A stretch of 32,000 nt of DNA from Cupriavidus necator (GCF_016127575.1 NZ_CP066019.1:600001-632000); one strand, 5' to 3'. Counted from the stretch's first letter, positions 17,305 to 26,763 are shown. Numbers and translations: made by a program. Notes: generated by a model not told the origin, from the letters alone.

Positions 17305-18225
17305 ATGACGCTTCACATCAGCACACCTTTTGTACAGTCCCAGCCCAATTCGCGGCGGCTCGGCAAACCGGTCTGGCTAAAGATGGAAGCCGCACAGCCG
17401 TCCGGGTCTTTCAAGCTTCGGGGTGTCGGAGCCTTGTGTGAAGCGCGGCACGCCGCGGGCGTACAGCGATTCGTTGCATCTTCAGGCGGAAATGCCGGGC
17501 TTGCGGCAGCCTATTGCGGACGCGAACTCGGCGTTCCCGTGGTGGTGGTGGTACCGGAGAGCACACCATCGCGAGCGCGCGACCTGATCCGCCTGGAGGG
17601 CTCGGAGTTGATCGTGCGCGGAGGCACATGGGCGGAAGCGCACGAGTTTGCACTGTCCCTGATCGGGCCACGCGATGCCTTCGTGCACCCGTTCGACGAT
17701 CCGCTCATCTGGCAGGGGCACGCCACGCTGGTGGACGAGATCGCGGCATCCGGGCCGAAGCCAGGCGCCATCGTTCTTGCCGTGGGCGGTGGTGGCCTGC
17801 TGTGCGGCGTGCTGGAGGGGCTTCAGCGGAATGGCTGGTCCGACGTGCCTGTGATCGCGGTAGAAACCGACGGTGCGGACTGCTACGCCCGCTCGGTTGC
17901 CGAAGGCAGGCCGGTCGAACTCGCACAGATCACCAGCGTGGCGACGTCGCTTGGCGCCAGGCGGCCGTGTGATGGCGCGCTCCGATGGGCGCAGCGTCAC
18001 GAGATCCACAGCGTCGTTGTGTCAGACAAACAGGCGGTGGAGGCAGCGATAAGGCTTCTTGACGAACACCGCGTCCTGGTTGAGCCGGCATGCGGCGCAG
18101 CCTTGGCGGCATTGGATTGCGACACCCCGGTGCTGCAGGCGGCGTCCAGCATTGCCGTGGTGGTATGTGGCGGGGCCACGGTGACGGCACAGCAACTGCT
18201 TGACTTTGCTGCAAGGCTGGACTGA
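17305..18225 (+). CDS. PLP-dependent L-serine/L-threonine dehydratase (tryptophan-synthase beta fold)
   Basis: It has the PLP-lysine motif PSGSFKLRGV, then SSGGNAG, and the glycine loop AVGGGGLLCGV. I chose the ATG at 17305 (MTLHISTPF). Confidence 0.85.
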   Translation: MTLHISTPFVQSQPNSRRLGKPVWLKMEAAQPSGSFKLRGVGALCEARHAAGVQRFVASSGGNAGLAAAYCGRELGVPVVVVVPESTPSRARDLIRLEGSELIVRGGTWAEAHEFALSLIGPRDAFVHPFDDPLIWQGHATLVDEIAASGPKPGAIVLAVGGGGLLCGVLEGLQRNGWSDVPVIAVETDGADCYARSVAEGRPVELAQITSVATSLGARRPCDGALRWAQRHEIHSVVVSDKQAVEAAIRLLDEHRVLVEPACGAALAALDCDTPVLQAASSIAVVVCGGATVTAQQLLDFAARLD

Positions 18226-18397
18226 GCGGGCTTAAGGTAGCAATTTGGTAAGCTCGGCTACCCGCCGGCGAGATTCGCCCGAATTACCTGGTTCCGGGGA
18301 TGCCCCTCACGGCCGATTTCTGTCAGCCTGGCGTGATCCGGAGATCGGCCAGTTCCGGTGGTACAGCTAAACTCTGGCCGTGACCGCACCGTACCCA

Positions 18398-19105
18398 ATG
18401 AGCCAACCATTGACTGACACCGGCGAATCGGTGTTGCCCGCTCCCTTGCTGGTCGTCGAGGACGAGCCACTGATGCAGACCAGGCTACGCACGATCCTGG
18501 CCACGCTCGGCTATGCCGAGGAGGCCTTGTGGTTTGCCGGCAGCCTCGCCGACGCCAATGCGCTGCTAACCGCCCAGCCATTTGCGATGGTGCTGGTTGA
18601 CGTCGGGTTGCCCGACGGCAATGGCATCGACCTCATTCGCGCGTTGCACGAGCGCGATCCTGCCTTGCCAACTCTGGTAATCTCGACCTGGAACACGGAG
18701 CGCGTCATCGTGAGCGCGCTGCAGGCGGGTGCCACCGGTTACCTGCTCAAGGAGCGCGACGACCTCGAGATTTCCTTGTCGATCCGCAGTGCGCTGCGCG
18801 GCGGAGCGCCGATCGATCCTTTCGTTGCCAGGCACATCCTCGATCTGGTCGCCACGACGGCACCATTGCCAGGCGGGGCGCAAATTCATGCGCGCCGATT
18901 GGTCGGCGCGTCGCCGCTGAGCGCACGGGAAATCGAAATCCTCTCGCTGGTCGGCAAGGGCCTGACCAATCGGGAGATCGCGGATTTGCTGTCCTTGTCC
19001 AGACTGACGGTCGAATGCCACATCAGGAACATATACAAGAAGTTGGCCGTCCACTCCCGCACGCAGGCCGTTTTCGAAGCGCGTGCGCATGGCTTGTTGC
19101 GCTGA
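18398..19105 (+). CDS. NarL/FixJ-type response regulator (REC domain plus LuxR HTH)
   Basis: The REC domain shows LLVVEDEP ... MVLVDVGLPDGNG ... ATGYLLK. The C-terminal HTH reads LSAREIEILSLVGKGLTNREIADLLSLSRLTVECHIRNIYKKL. A GTG at 18380 is an alternative start. Confidence 0.9.
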   Translation: MSQPLTDTGESVLPAPLLVVEDEPLMQTRLRTILATLGYAEEALWFAGSLADANALLTAQPFAMVLVDVGLPDGNGIDLIRALHERDPALPTLVISTWNTERVIVSALQAGATGYLLKERDDLEISLSIRSALRGGAPIDPFVARHILDLVATTAPLPGGAQIHARRLVGASPLSAREIEILSLVGKGLTNREIADLLSLSRLTVECHIRNIYKKLAVHSRTQAVFEARAHGLLR

Positions 19106-21054
19106 TCTTGGGCGCCACGCTCCTCGCCGGCGCTGCAAACGCGCAGGAAGGGCCGGGCGCCACCGCCTTTACCCGCATAGAGGCTGCCCGATCGACCTGG
19201 CAGGGTGATAGCCCGCCGGCGGCGGGCTGGGTCCCAGTGAAGCTGCCGGACGACTGGTCCTCGCGCTGGCCCGATTTCGACGGCGTGGTCTGGTACCGGC
19301 TGAGCTGGCAGTGCGCAGATGCAAGCCAACCCACGGCGCTGATGCTCGCTTACCTGAATATGGCGGGGGCGGTTTATCTCAACGGCAGCTTGCTGATGCG
19401 TGACGCGAGCCTCGTCGAACCGCTCACGCGAGCCTGGAATACTCCCCGTTATCAGTTGATATCTCCGCCGTTGCTGCGGGAGGGCACCAACACGCTGCTG
19501 ATTCGCGTCTCGGGGCTGTCGGCATACCAACCCGGCCTTGGACCAGTATCGGTCGCCGACCCGGACCGCCTGCGGGCCGCTTACGAACAGGCCTACCGGC
19601 TGCGTCATGACCTGCAGTTGGTCAGCCTTGCAATCACCGTCGCGCTAGGTTGCTTCTTCTTTTCGCTCTGGGTGATGCGCCGGCAAGAAGTGACCTACGG
19701 ATGGTTCAGCCTGATGTCGCTGGCCTGGTGGTGGGTGGCGCTGAATCAGGTGGCGACGAGCACCTGGCCGTTTGCCAGTACCGATGCCTGGGGGCGCGCA
19801 AATATCATCGCGCTGCTCATCTACAGTGCTGCCTTCACGATGTCCATGGTGCGCTTCTGCGAACGGCGCCTGCCGCGCATCGAAGCGGTGCTCTGGACGC
19901 TGGTAGTGTTGGGCGCCGCCGTCATGCTCGGGGCGCCGCACGGTTACCTGACCGACGTGCGCAACACGCTGACGGTGGGACTGGCGTGCAATTTCTTCGC
20001 GACGTGCCTCGTATTTCTCTGCTTTGCCGGGCGCAGTGGTCGCACCGACCATCGCATCCTCTCGTTTTGCATTGCAATTTTCCTTGTCGCCGCGGTACAC
20101 GACCTGCTGAGCTTTCTTGGCATCCTCAAGGACAACCTCTACTACGCGGCCCTCACTTCGCAGTTCCAGATGATCGCCATGGCGCTGGTGCTGGCCTGGC
20201 GCTTCGTCGCCAACCTGCGCCGCATTGAACGATTCAATGACGAACTGCACTGCAAGATCGACGCGGCCAAGGCGGAGCTCGCAGCCAACCTGGATCGCCA
20301 GCGCGAGTTCGAAGTCGCCAATGCGCGGCTCAGTGAACGGCTCAATCTCGCACACGACCTGCACGACGGGCTCGGCGGCACGCTCGTCAGCGGAATTGCG
20401 ACACTGGAGCGCATCCCTCACGACATCCCGCCAGGCCAGGTCCTGTCGATCCTCAAGGAGCTGCGCGACGACCTGCGCATCATCATCGATACCACCTCCA
20501 GCCAGCAGTTTGGCGAGCACGCGCTGGCAGGTCAGATCGTGCCGCTGCGGCACCGTCTTACGCGGCTGTTCGAGAGCCACGACATCGAGTGCCGGTGGCA
20601 GCTCACTGGCCTCGATCAATGCTATCTGCCGACTTCGCAAATTCTTGATGTCATGAGGACCTTGCAAGAGGCGCTGACCAATGTGCTGAAGCACAGCAAG
20701 GCGAGTCGCGCGGACGTCGTCCTGCGCAATGATGCCCGGGGGCTGGAGCTGGTTGTCAGCGACAACGGAATGGGCTTCGAACCCGCCGCCATCGAACGGC
20801 ATCCGGGCACCGGCATGCGCAGCATGCGCGCGCGTACCCGGCGTCTTGGCGGGACGCTCAGCGTGCGATCCACAGGGGAGGGGACAATGCTGACCGTGCG
20901 TATCCCAATCGCGGCCGACACCCTTGGATCACCACTTGACCTGCAGCCCGGCCGATCCAGTGATCGAGTTCCTGACCCTGGCATTACCCCCCGTGGCCCA
21001 AAGCCTGCCGGCTTCGCCATAGAGACTGATCCTCCGGTTCAGGGCCAAGGTTAG
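19015..21054 (+). CDS. Sensor histidine kinase: 7TMR-DISMED2-like periplasmic domain, seven TM helices, HisKA_3 and HATPase_c
   Basis: The periplasmic region reads WVPVKLPDDWSSRWPDFDGVVWYRLSW ... GTNTLLIRV, followed by seven hydrophobic segments. The H-box is AHDLHDGLGG, the N-box is EALTNVLKHS, and the G-boxes are DNGMGF and GTGMRSM. An ATG start at 19015 would overlap the regulator gene by 91 nt, so the true start is uncertain. Confidence 0.85.
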   Translation: MPHQEHIQEVGRPLPHAGRFRSACAWLVALILGATLLAGAANAQEGPGATAFTRIEAARSTWQGDSPPAAGWVPVKLPDDWSSRWPDFDGVVWYRLSWQCADASQPTALMLAYLNMAGAVYLNGSLLMRDASLVEPLTRAWNTPRYQLISPPLLREGTNTLLIRVSGLSAYQPGLGPVSVADPDRLRAAYEQAYRLRHDLQLVSLAITVALGCFFFSLWVMRRQEVTYGWFSLMSLAWWWVALNQVATSTWPFASTDAWGRANIIALLIYSAAFTMSMVRFCERRLPRIEAVLWTLVVLGAAVMLGAPHGYLTDVRNTLTVGLACNFFATCLVFLCFAGRSGRTDHRILSFCIAIFLVAAVHDLLSFLGILKDNLYYAALTSQFQMIAMALVLAWRFVANLRRIERFNDELHCKIDAAKAELAANLDRQREFEVANARLSERLNLAHDLHDGLGGTLVSGIATLERIPHDIPPGQVLSILKELRDDLRIIIDTTSSQQFGEHALAGQIVPLRHRLTRLFESHDIECRWQLTGLDQCYLPTSQILDVMRTLQEALTNVLKHSKASRADVVLRNDARGLELVVSDNGMGFEPAAIERHPGTGMRSMRARTRRLGGTLSVRSTGEGTMLTVRIPIAADTLGSPLDLQPGRSSDRVPDPGITPRGPKPAGFAIETDPPVQGQG

Positions 21055-21229
21055 GCCGCCGGCGAGACGAACATAGTCAATGTTGAACGGGCTGCGGATG
21101 CATTCGAACCCTCGAAGCCGGGTGCAGGTCGTTCGCTGACGATCCCACGGCCAACTTCCGTAGACGACCCAGAACGGCCAACCGATTGGTCGTGGTAGAG
21201 TCGACCATCATTTCTTATCGTGTAGCCTT

Positions 21230-21811
21230 ATGTCGCCACCCGTTGAGATTCCGGCAATTGTTCCCGCGCAAACCGCGCTGGTGGTCATGCATTATCAGAC
21301 CGACATCCTGGCGCTATTTCCCTCGGTCGCGCCCACTCTGCTCTCCAACACGCGCAAGCTGTGTGACGCCGCGCGGGCCAGGGGCGTCAGCGTTTATTTT
21401 GCCAAGATCCACTTTGCTCCAGGCTATCCGGAAGTCAGTCCGTTGAACCGGAACGGGCAGGGAATCAAGCAGCTTGGTCTTTTCGTCGACGACCAGATCT
21501 CGCCGGAACTCGGCCAGCAGGCCACCGAGCCGCTGATCATCGCGCATCGCGCCAGCGTGTTCTTTGGTACTGACCTGCAGGTACGGCTTTCCGCGCAGGG
21601 TATCGATACCCTGCTCATGGTGGGCATTGCTTCGACCGGTGTGGTGCTGTCGTCGGTCGCCTATGCGAGCGATGCGGACTTCCGGCTATTCACGGTCAAG
21701 GATTGCTGCTACGACCCGGATCAGGTCGTGCACGACCATCTCTTTTCAACGGCGTTCGATTCGCGCACAACGGTGCTTTCGCTCGCTGATGCCTTGCGCT
21801 TGCTTGCCTAG
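21230..21811 (+). CDS. Isochorismatase-like hydrolase-fold protein lacking the canonical Asp-Lys-Cys triad
   Basis: By eye it is collinear with RutB and EntB: ALVVMHYQ vs ALIVVDMQ, IIAHRASVFFGTDL vs LPKPRYSGFFNTPL, and VGIASTGVVLSS vs TGIATNVCVEST. There is no obvious RBS. Confidence 0.75.
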   Translation: MSPPVEIPAIVPAQTALVVMHYQTDILALFPSVAPTLLSNTRKLCDAARARGVSVYFAKIHFAPGYPEVSPLNRNGQGIKQLGLFVDDQISPELGQQATEPLIIAHRASVFFGTDLQVRLSAQGIDTLLMVGIASTGVVLSSVAYASDADFRLFTVKDCCYDPDQVVHDHLFSTAFDSRTTVLSLADALRLLA

Positions 21812-21847
21812 CATTTCGACCTGCCAGGAGTGCCGCCGCGCCATCTC

Positions 21848-22288
21848 TCAGGCAGACGGGAAGAGCAGATGATCGGTCAGGTTGCCCTTCAGATCGAGCA
21901 TCGAATAATTCCGGCGGCTGAAGCGCCAGCGTCCGTCGACCTTTTCGAAGGCGTCATGATAGCGACCGGCCGCGATCACCTGCAGCGCGATTCGGTCGGA
22001 TGCCTGAAGGACCGTGTAGTACGATCTGACGGTAGCTGTCAGCTTGCCCGAAGCAATCTCAATGATCGGATTGCTGATGACATGCCGGGTTCTGGGCGTT
22101 CCATCCGCATGCAATTTCACATAGGCTTGCCAGAGCTTGAGCATGGCCTCGGAACCTCGCAGCACTGCATCTCCGGTGTCGATCTCTGCATGCTCGAACA
22201 GTGCGGCGACCCCAGGCAGATCGCCGGCGTCCATGCGCTCGGCATAGATGTAGAGGAGATTGGCAAGCTGCACGGCATCCTCGGTCAT
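21848..22288 (-). CDS. SnoaL-like / NTF2-fold protein (146 aa)
   Basis: It contains LANLLYIYAERMDAGDLPGVAALF ... GRYHDAFEKVDGRWRFSRR, a typical SnoaL_4-type pattern. A ggaga RBS is present. Confidence 0.75.
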   Translation of the reverse strand: MTEDAVQLANLLYIYAERMDAGDLPGVAALFEHAEIDTGDAVLRGSEAMLKLWQAYVKLHADGTPRTRHVISNPIIEIASGKLTATVRSYYTVLQASDRIALQVIAAGRYHDAFEKVDGRWRFSRRNYSMLDLKGNLTDHLLFPSA

Positions 22289-22366
22289 CGACTCGTCTCC
22301 GGTGGTTTGCGAGGATTAAAGCAGTCCGGCGCTACTCCGGCATCGTCCGCTTGGAGTACGAAGCCC

Positions 22367-23506
22367 TTACCCCATCCCCACCACACTGGACAGCAACATC
22401 TTCACCAGCAGCGCCTGCCGCGTCGCCCCGGTCTTGGCAAAGATGCCCCGCAGGTGCGCCCGTGCCGTGTTCTTCTTGATGCCGAGCCGCATCGCGGCTT
22501 CGTCCAGCGTCAGCCCGTCGACCATCAGCAAAGCCAGTTCGATCTCGGTCGGGGTCAGGTGGAACAGCTTGCGCAGGTTGGCGTGGGTGTTGCGCGGCGA
22601 TCCCGCCGGGTCGCGGATGAACACCGCCACCGCGGGTCGGCGCGACTTGTCTTCGCTGCGATAGCTGAGCGGGATCGGCCGCACCAGCACGCTCAGGGGC
22701 GTGGGCGCGGCGGGCCGGCTCAGCGTGGTGACTTCGCTGCGCGGTGCGGCCAGCGCGTGGGCCTGGGCCGCGCCTTCCAGGATCTTGCGGAACCTGCGGT
22801 TTTCCACCGGGCAGTGCGCGTGCAGCGCGCCGTCTGACAGGTAGAGGCCGTCGCGCGCCTGCAGCAGGCGGCCGGCGACGTCGTTGGTCCGGATGGTCCT
22901 GCCGTGTTCGTCCAGGATCACCGTGCCGACCTGCAGCCGGTCGACGGCATCCGCGTACAGGGACCGTTCGGATGCAAGCACGTCGAGCGCGGCATGCAGG
23001 TCCACTGCGCGCTTCAGGTGCGGCAGCAGGCCGTGCAGCAGTGCCTTGTCGGCCTCGCCGAAGTCCTGTCCCGCGTGGACGCGGCTGATGAACAGCGCGC
23101 ATTCCACGCCGTCGGGCGTGACCAGGTTGGCCGCCAGGATATAGCGCAGGCCCAGCGGTTGAAGGTATTGCGTGTAGAAGGGGTGTGCCAGCCAGCCGGC
23201 TTCGCCAAACAGTTCGTCGGCGCTGAAGAGCCGGTCCGGGTGCAGGTCCAGGAAGGGGCACAGCGCGTAGTACTGCTCGCTGTACGAGGGCTCGCCCGGC
23301 AGGTGCGGGCCGTAGTCGGAGGCATTGACGATCAGGCCCGGCCGGTCGGTGGCAGGGTGGCGCAGCACCAGCGTGACGAAGGCGGCGCCCAGGCGCTGGC
23401 GCACGCTTTCCAGGAAGCCGGCCCAGGGCATGGCTTCGGTCGGGCCCTGGTAGAGCTGGGCGAGCAGGGCGCTCAGCTCGGCGGCGGGCAGGGGGGCTGG
23501 CAGCAT
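22367..23506 (-). CDS. LuxR-family transcriptional regulator (C-terminal HTH, about 300-aa N-terminal sensory region)
   Basis: The C-terminal HTH reads LTPTEIELALLMVDGLTLDEAAMRLGIKKNTARAHLRGIFAKTG. I chose the ATG at 23506 (MLPAPLPAAEL) because the ORF extension to 23746 runs through the REP elements. Confidence 0.85.
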   Translation of the reverse strand: MLPAPLPAAELSALLAQLYQGPTEAMPWAGFLESVRQRLGAAFVTLVLRHPATDRPGLIVNASDYGPHLPGEPSYSEQYYALCPFLDLHPDRLFSADELFGEAGWLAHPFYTQYLQPLGLRYILAANLVTPDGVECALFISRVHAGQDFGEADKALLHGLLPHLKRAVDLHAALDVLASERSLYADAVDRLQVGTVILDEHGRTIRTNDVAGRLLQARDGLYLSDGALHAHCPVENRRFRKILEGAAQAHALAAPRSEVTTLSRPAAPTPLSVLVRPIPLSYRSEDKSRRPAVAVFIRDPAGSPRNTHANLRKLFHLTPTEIELALLMVDGLTLDEAAMRLGIKKNTARAHLRGIFAKTGATRQALLVKMLLSSVVGMG

Positions 23507-23592
23507 GATGGCGGTCCGTCGGGTCGTGGCAACAGTCAAAAGCGCGAATCTCGCCCCTGATTGCTGACAAAACCCGCATGCCGCGGGTTTGC

Positions 23593-23633
23593 TCCCCTCT
23601 CCCGCTTGCGGGAGAGGGGCCGGGGGAGAGGGC
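23593..23633. repeat. REP-like GC-rich palindromic element, copy 1
   Basis: The sequence is ctcccctctcccgc tt gcgggagagggg ccgggggagagggc. The internal stem (about 11 bp) pairs 23594-23604 with 23609-23619. Confidence 0.8.
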
Positions 23634-23676
23634 AGGCATTGGCAGTATCGACAGCCTGCACTTCGTCGACACACCG

Positions 23677-23715
23677 GCCCTCTCCCCAACCCTCTCCCGC
23701 AAGCGGGAGAGGGAG
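23677..23715. repeat. REP-like element, copy 2, inverted relative to copy 1
   Basis: The sequence is gccctctccccaaccctctcccgc aa gcgggagagggag. It is a near reverse complement of copy 1 and has its own 11-bp stem (23690-23700 with 23703-23713). Confidence 0.8.
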
Positions 23716-23831
23716 CACACAACTGGTCATTCAGACTCAATGGCACTTGGCAAGCTTGTCAGCACTCCGAGACGCAAATCCCGCTGTTCCCATCGTACCG
23801 ACCCCGTCCGTCGCCTCATCGTCCGTTCGGC

Positions 23832-25766
23832 CTAGGGCTTCTCCCGCAGCCACGCCACGATCCGCTCCGCCGCCTGCTGCGCGGTGTCGGCGGTAGTGTC
23901 GATGCGGATCTCGGGCCGCTCGGGCGGCTGGTACGGCGAATCGATGCCGGTGAAGTTCTTCAGCTCGCCGCGCCGCGCCTTGCGGTACAGGCCCTTGGGG
24001 TCGCGTTGCTCGGCCACCGCCAGCGGCGTGTCAATGAAGACTTCGACGAAATCGCCGTCGCCGGCGAGCGCGCGGGCCATCTCGCGTTCCGAGCGGAACG
24101 GCGAGATAAAGGACACCAGCACGATCAGGCCCGCATCGAGCATCAGCCTTGCCACTTCCGCCACGCGCCGGATGTTCTCGACGCGGTCGGCCTCGGCGAA
24201 GCCCAGGTCCTTGTTCAGGCCGTGGCGCACGTTGTCGCCGTCGAGCAGGTAGGTGTGGTGGCCCAGCGCGTGCAGGCGCTTTTCCACCAGGTTGGCGATG
24301 GTGGACTTGCCCGCGCCGGAGAGCCCGGTGAACCAGACGATGCGCGGCGACTGGTGCTTGAGCGCGGCATGGGCGCGGCGGTCCACGTCGATGGCCTGCC
24401 AGTGCACGTTCTGCGCCCGGCGCAGCGCAAAGTGCAGCATGCCGGCGCCGACCGTGTTGTTGCTGAGACGGTCGATGATGATGAAGCCGCCCAGCTCGCG
24501 GTTGCGCGCGTAGGGATCGAAGGCCACCGGCTGGTCCAGGTGCAGGTTGCACACGCCGATCTCGTTCAGCTCCAGCGTGCGCGCGGCCAGGTGTTCGAGC
24601 GTGTTGACATTGACCTTGTACTTGGGCTGCGCCACGGTCACGCCCACGGTGCGCGTGCCGAGCTTGAGCAGGTAGGGGCGCCCGGGCAGCATGGCGTCCT
24701 CGTTCATCCACACCAGCGTGGCCTCGAACTGGTCGGCCACTGCCGGCGGGTCTTGCGGGCAGGCCAGCACGTCGCCGCGGCTGATGTCGATCTCGTCCTC
24801 CAGCGTCAGCGTCACCGCCTGGCCGCGCATGGCGTGCTCGCACGCGCCGGCGGCGCCGACGATGCCGGCCACGCGGCTCTCGCGGCCCGAGGGCAGCGCG
24901 CGCACGCGGTCGCCACGGCGGATCTCGCCGGCGCTGACGGTGCCGGCAAAGCCGCGGAAGTCCAGGTTGGGCCGGTTGACCCACTGCACCGGCAACCGGA
25001 ACGGTTCGCCTTGCACGGGCGCGTTGTCGATCGGCACGTTTTCCAGGTGGGCCATCAGCGTCGGGCCGTGGTACCACGGGGTATTGGCGCTGGGCTCGGT
25101 GATGTTGTCGCCGCGCAGGGCCGACATCGGAATGCAGGTGATATCGGTCAGGCCGATCTGCCGGGCGAACTCCCGGTACTCGTTCTCGATGCGCGTATGG
25201 ACCTCGCGCGAGTAGTCGACCATGTCCAGCTTGTTGACGGCCAGCACCACACGGCGAATGCCAAGCGTGGCCACCAGGTAGCTGTGGCGGCGCGTCTGGG
25301 TCTGCACGCCGCGGCGCGCATCCACCAGCAGGATGGCCAGGTCGGCGGTGGAGGCCCCGGTGACCATGTTGCGCGTGTACTGTTCGTGCCCGGGCGTGTC
25401 GGCGACGATGAACTTGCGCTTGTCGGTGGCGAAGAAGCGGTAGGCCACGTCGATGGTGATGCCTTGTTCGCGCTCCGCGGCCAGGCCGTCCACCAGCAGC
25501 GCGAAGTCGAGGTTCTCGCCCTGCGTGCCCATTTTCTTCGAGTCGGCCTCCAGCTGGGCGAGCTGGTCTTCGAACAGCATCTTGGATTCATACAGCAGCC
25601 GGCCGATCAGCGTGCTCTTGCCGTCGTCGACGCTGCCGCAGGTGATAAAGCGCAGCAGGCTCTTGTTTTGCTGGGCGCGCAGGTAGTGGGCGATCTCGCC
25701 CGAGGTGCCGGTGGCTTGCGCGGCGTCCTGCGCAAGCGCGGGCGCGGTGTCGATCAGGGTTTCCAT
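23832..25766 (-). CDS. cysNC: Bifunctional sulfate adenylyltransferase subunit 1 (CysN GTPase) fused to adenylylsulfate (APS) kinase (CysC)
   Basis: The ORF is 644 aa. GTPase motifs are [17 protein letters not shown] and NKLD. The C-terminal APS-kinase part has the P-loop GLSGAGKST, plus [11 protein letters not shown] and SFISPF. Its ATG shares 1 nt with the cysD stop (TGATG). Confidence 0.95.
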   Translation of the reverse strand: METLIDTAPALAQDAAQATGTSGEIAHYLRAQQNKSLLRFITCGSVDDGKSTLIGRLLYESKMLFEDQLAQLEADSKKMGTQGENLDFALLVDGLAAEREQGITIDVAYRFFATDKRKFIVADTPGHEQYTRNMVTGASTADLAILLVDARRGVQTQTRRHSYLVATLGIRRVVLAVNKLDMVDYSREVHTRIENEYREFARQIGLTDITCIPMSALRGDNITEPSANTPWYHGPTLMAHLENVPIDNAPVQGEPFRLPVQWVNRPNLDFRGFAGTVSAGEIRRGDRVRALPSGRESRVAGIVGAAGACEHAMRGQAVTLTLEDEIDISRGDVLACPQDPPAVADQFEATLVWMNEDAMLPGRPYLLKLGTRTVGVTVAQPKYKVNVNTLEHLAARTLELNEIGVCNLHLDQPVAFDPYARNRELGGFIIIDRLSNNTVGAGMLHFALRRAQNVHWQAIDVDRRAHAALKHQSPRIVWFTGLSGAGKSTIANLVEKRLHALGHHTYLLDGDNVRHGLNKDLGFAEADRVENIRRVAEVARLMLDAGLIVLVSFISPFRSEREMARALAGDGDFVEVFIDTPLAVAEQRDPKGLYRKARRGELKNFTGIDSPYQPPERPEIRIDTTADTAQQAAERIVAWLREKP

Positions 25767-26662
25767 CAGAAGTATCCCTCCTGCTTCTTTTTTTCCATCG
25801 ATCCGGCCGAGTCGCTGTCGATCAGCCGTCCCTGGCGCTCCGAGGTGGTTGCCAGCAGCATTTCCTGGATGATGCCGCCGAGGGTGTCGGCCTCGCTCTC
25901 GATCGCGCCGGTGAGCGGGTAGCAGCCCAGCGTGCGGAAGCGCACCTTGCGCAGCTGCGGCGTTTCTCCGGGGCGCAGCGGCAGGCGCTCGTCGTCGACC
26001 ATGATCAGCGTGCCGTCGCGCTCCACCACCGGGCGCTCCTTGGCGTAGTAGAGCGGCACGATGGGGATGTCGTTCAGGTAGATGTATTGCCAGATGTCCA
26101 GCTCGGTCCAGTTGGACAGCGGGAACACGCGCAGGCTTTCGCCCTTGCGCTTGCGGGTGTTGTACTGGCGCCAGAGCTCGGGGCGCTGCATCTTCGGGTC
26201 CCAGCGGTGCTGGGCGGTGCGTACCGAGAACACGCGCTCCTTGGCGCGCGACTTTTCCTCGTCGCGGCGCGCGCCGCCGAAGGCGGCGTCAAAGCCGTAG
26301 TGGTCCAGCGCCTGCTTCAGGCCCTGGGTCTTCCACACGTCGGTATGGACGGCGGAGCCGTGCTCGTGCGGGCTGATATTGCGCGCCAGCCCTTCAGGGT
26401 TGACATGCACGCGCAGGTCCAGGCCAAGCCGCGCGGCGGTCTGGTCGCGGAACGCGATCATCTCGCCGAACTTCCATGTGGTATCGACATGCAGCAGCGG
26501 GAACGGCGGCCGCGCGGGATGGAAGGCCTTCATGGCAAGGTGCAGCATCACGGCGCTGTCCTTGCCGATGGAATAGAGCATGACGGGGTTTTCGCATTCC
26601 GCCACCACCTCCCGCATGATGTGGATGCTCTCCGCCTCCAGTTGCTCCAGGTGGGTCAACAT
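25766..26662 (-). CDS. cysD: Sulfate adenylyltransferase subunit 2 (CysD)
   Basis: It starts [19 protein letters not shown] and has the PP-loop-like YSIGKDSAV. It also has [11 protein letters not shown] and [16 protein letters not shown]. The ATG at 26662 has a gaggag RBS. Confidence 0.95.
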   Translation of the reverse strand: MLTHLEQLEAESIHIMREVVAECENPVMLYSIGKDSAVMLHLAMKAFHPARPPFPLLHVDTTWKFGEMIAFRDQTAARLGLDLRVHVNPEGLARNISPHEHGSAVHTDVWKTQGLKQALDHYGFDAAFGGARRDEEKSRAKERVFSVRTAQHRWDPKMQRPELWRQYNTRKRKGESLRVFPLSNWTELDIWQYIYLNDIPIVPLYYAKERPVVERDGTLIMVDDERLPLRPGETPQLRKVRFRTLGCYPLTGAIESEADTLGGIIQEMLLATTSERQGRLIDSDSAGSMEKKKQEGYF

Positions 26663-26763
26663 CGGGATCTCCTCTTGGTTTGCCGGCGCCGTGCAGGGAT
26701 GTCGCGGCGGTCTGGCATGGGCACAAGGTAGCGAGCCGGGGCCCTTCGCCACTTCGTCCGGGC

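Noticed and set aside
23536-23896. Short ORFs encoding PSPACGRGLGRG, LPLAGEGPGERAG and LSRLRERVGERA-type peptides. Also the N-terminal extension of the LuxR ORF to 23746.
   Set aside because: These are translations of the inverted REP hairpins in several frames. The same peptide-like strings appear on both strands, which marks a palindromic repeat rather than coding sequence.
23589-25922. A 777-aa plus-strand ORF. Similar long antisense ORFs are 27765..29357(-), 26767..28059(-), 29943..31229(-), 11756..13042(+), 10810..11862(+) and 1665..2762(-).
   Set aside because: All lie opposite or out of frame to genes with strong family signatures (cysNC, sulfotransferase, DUF1214-like, DHH/RibBA-like, CaiB, HMG-CoA lyase, M20). 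Their low-complexity Arg/Ala/Gly/Pro composition is typical of high-GC shadow ORFs.
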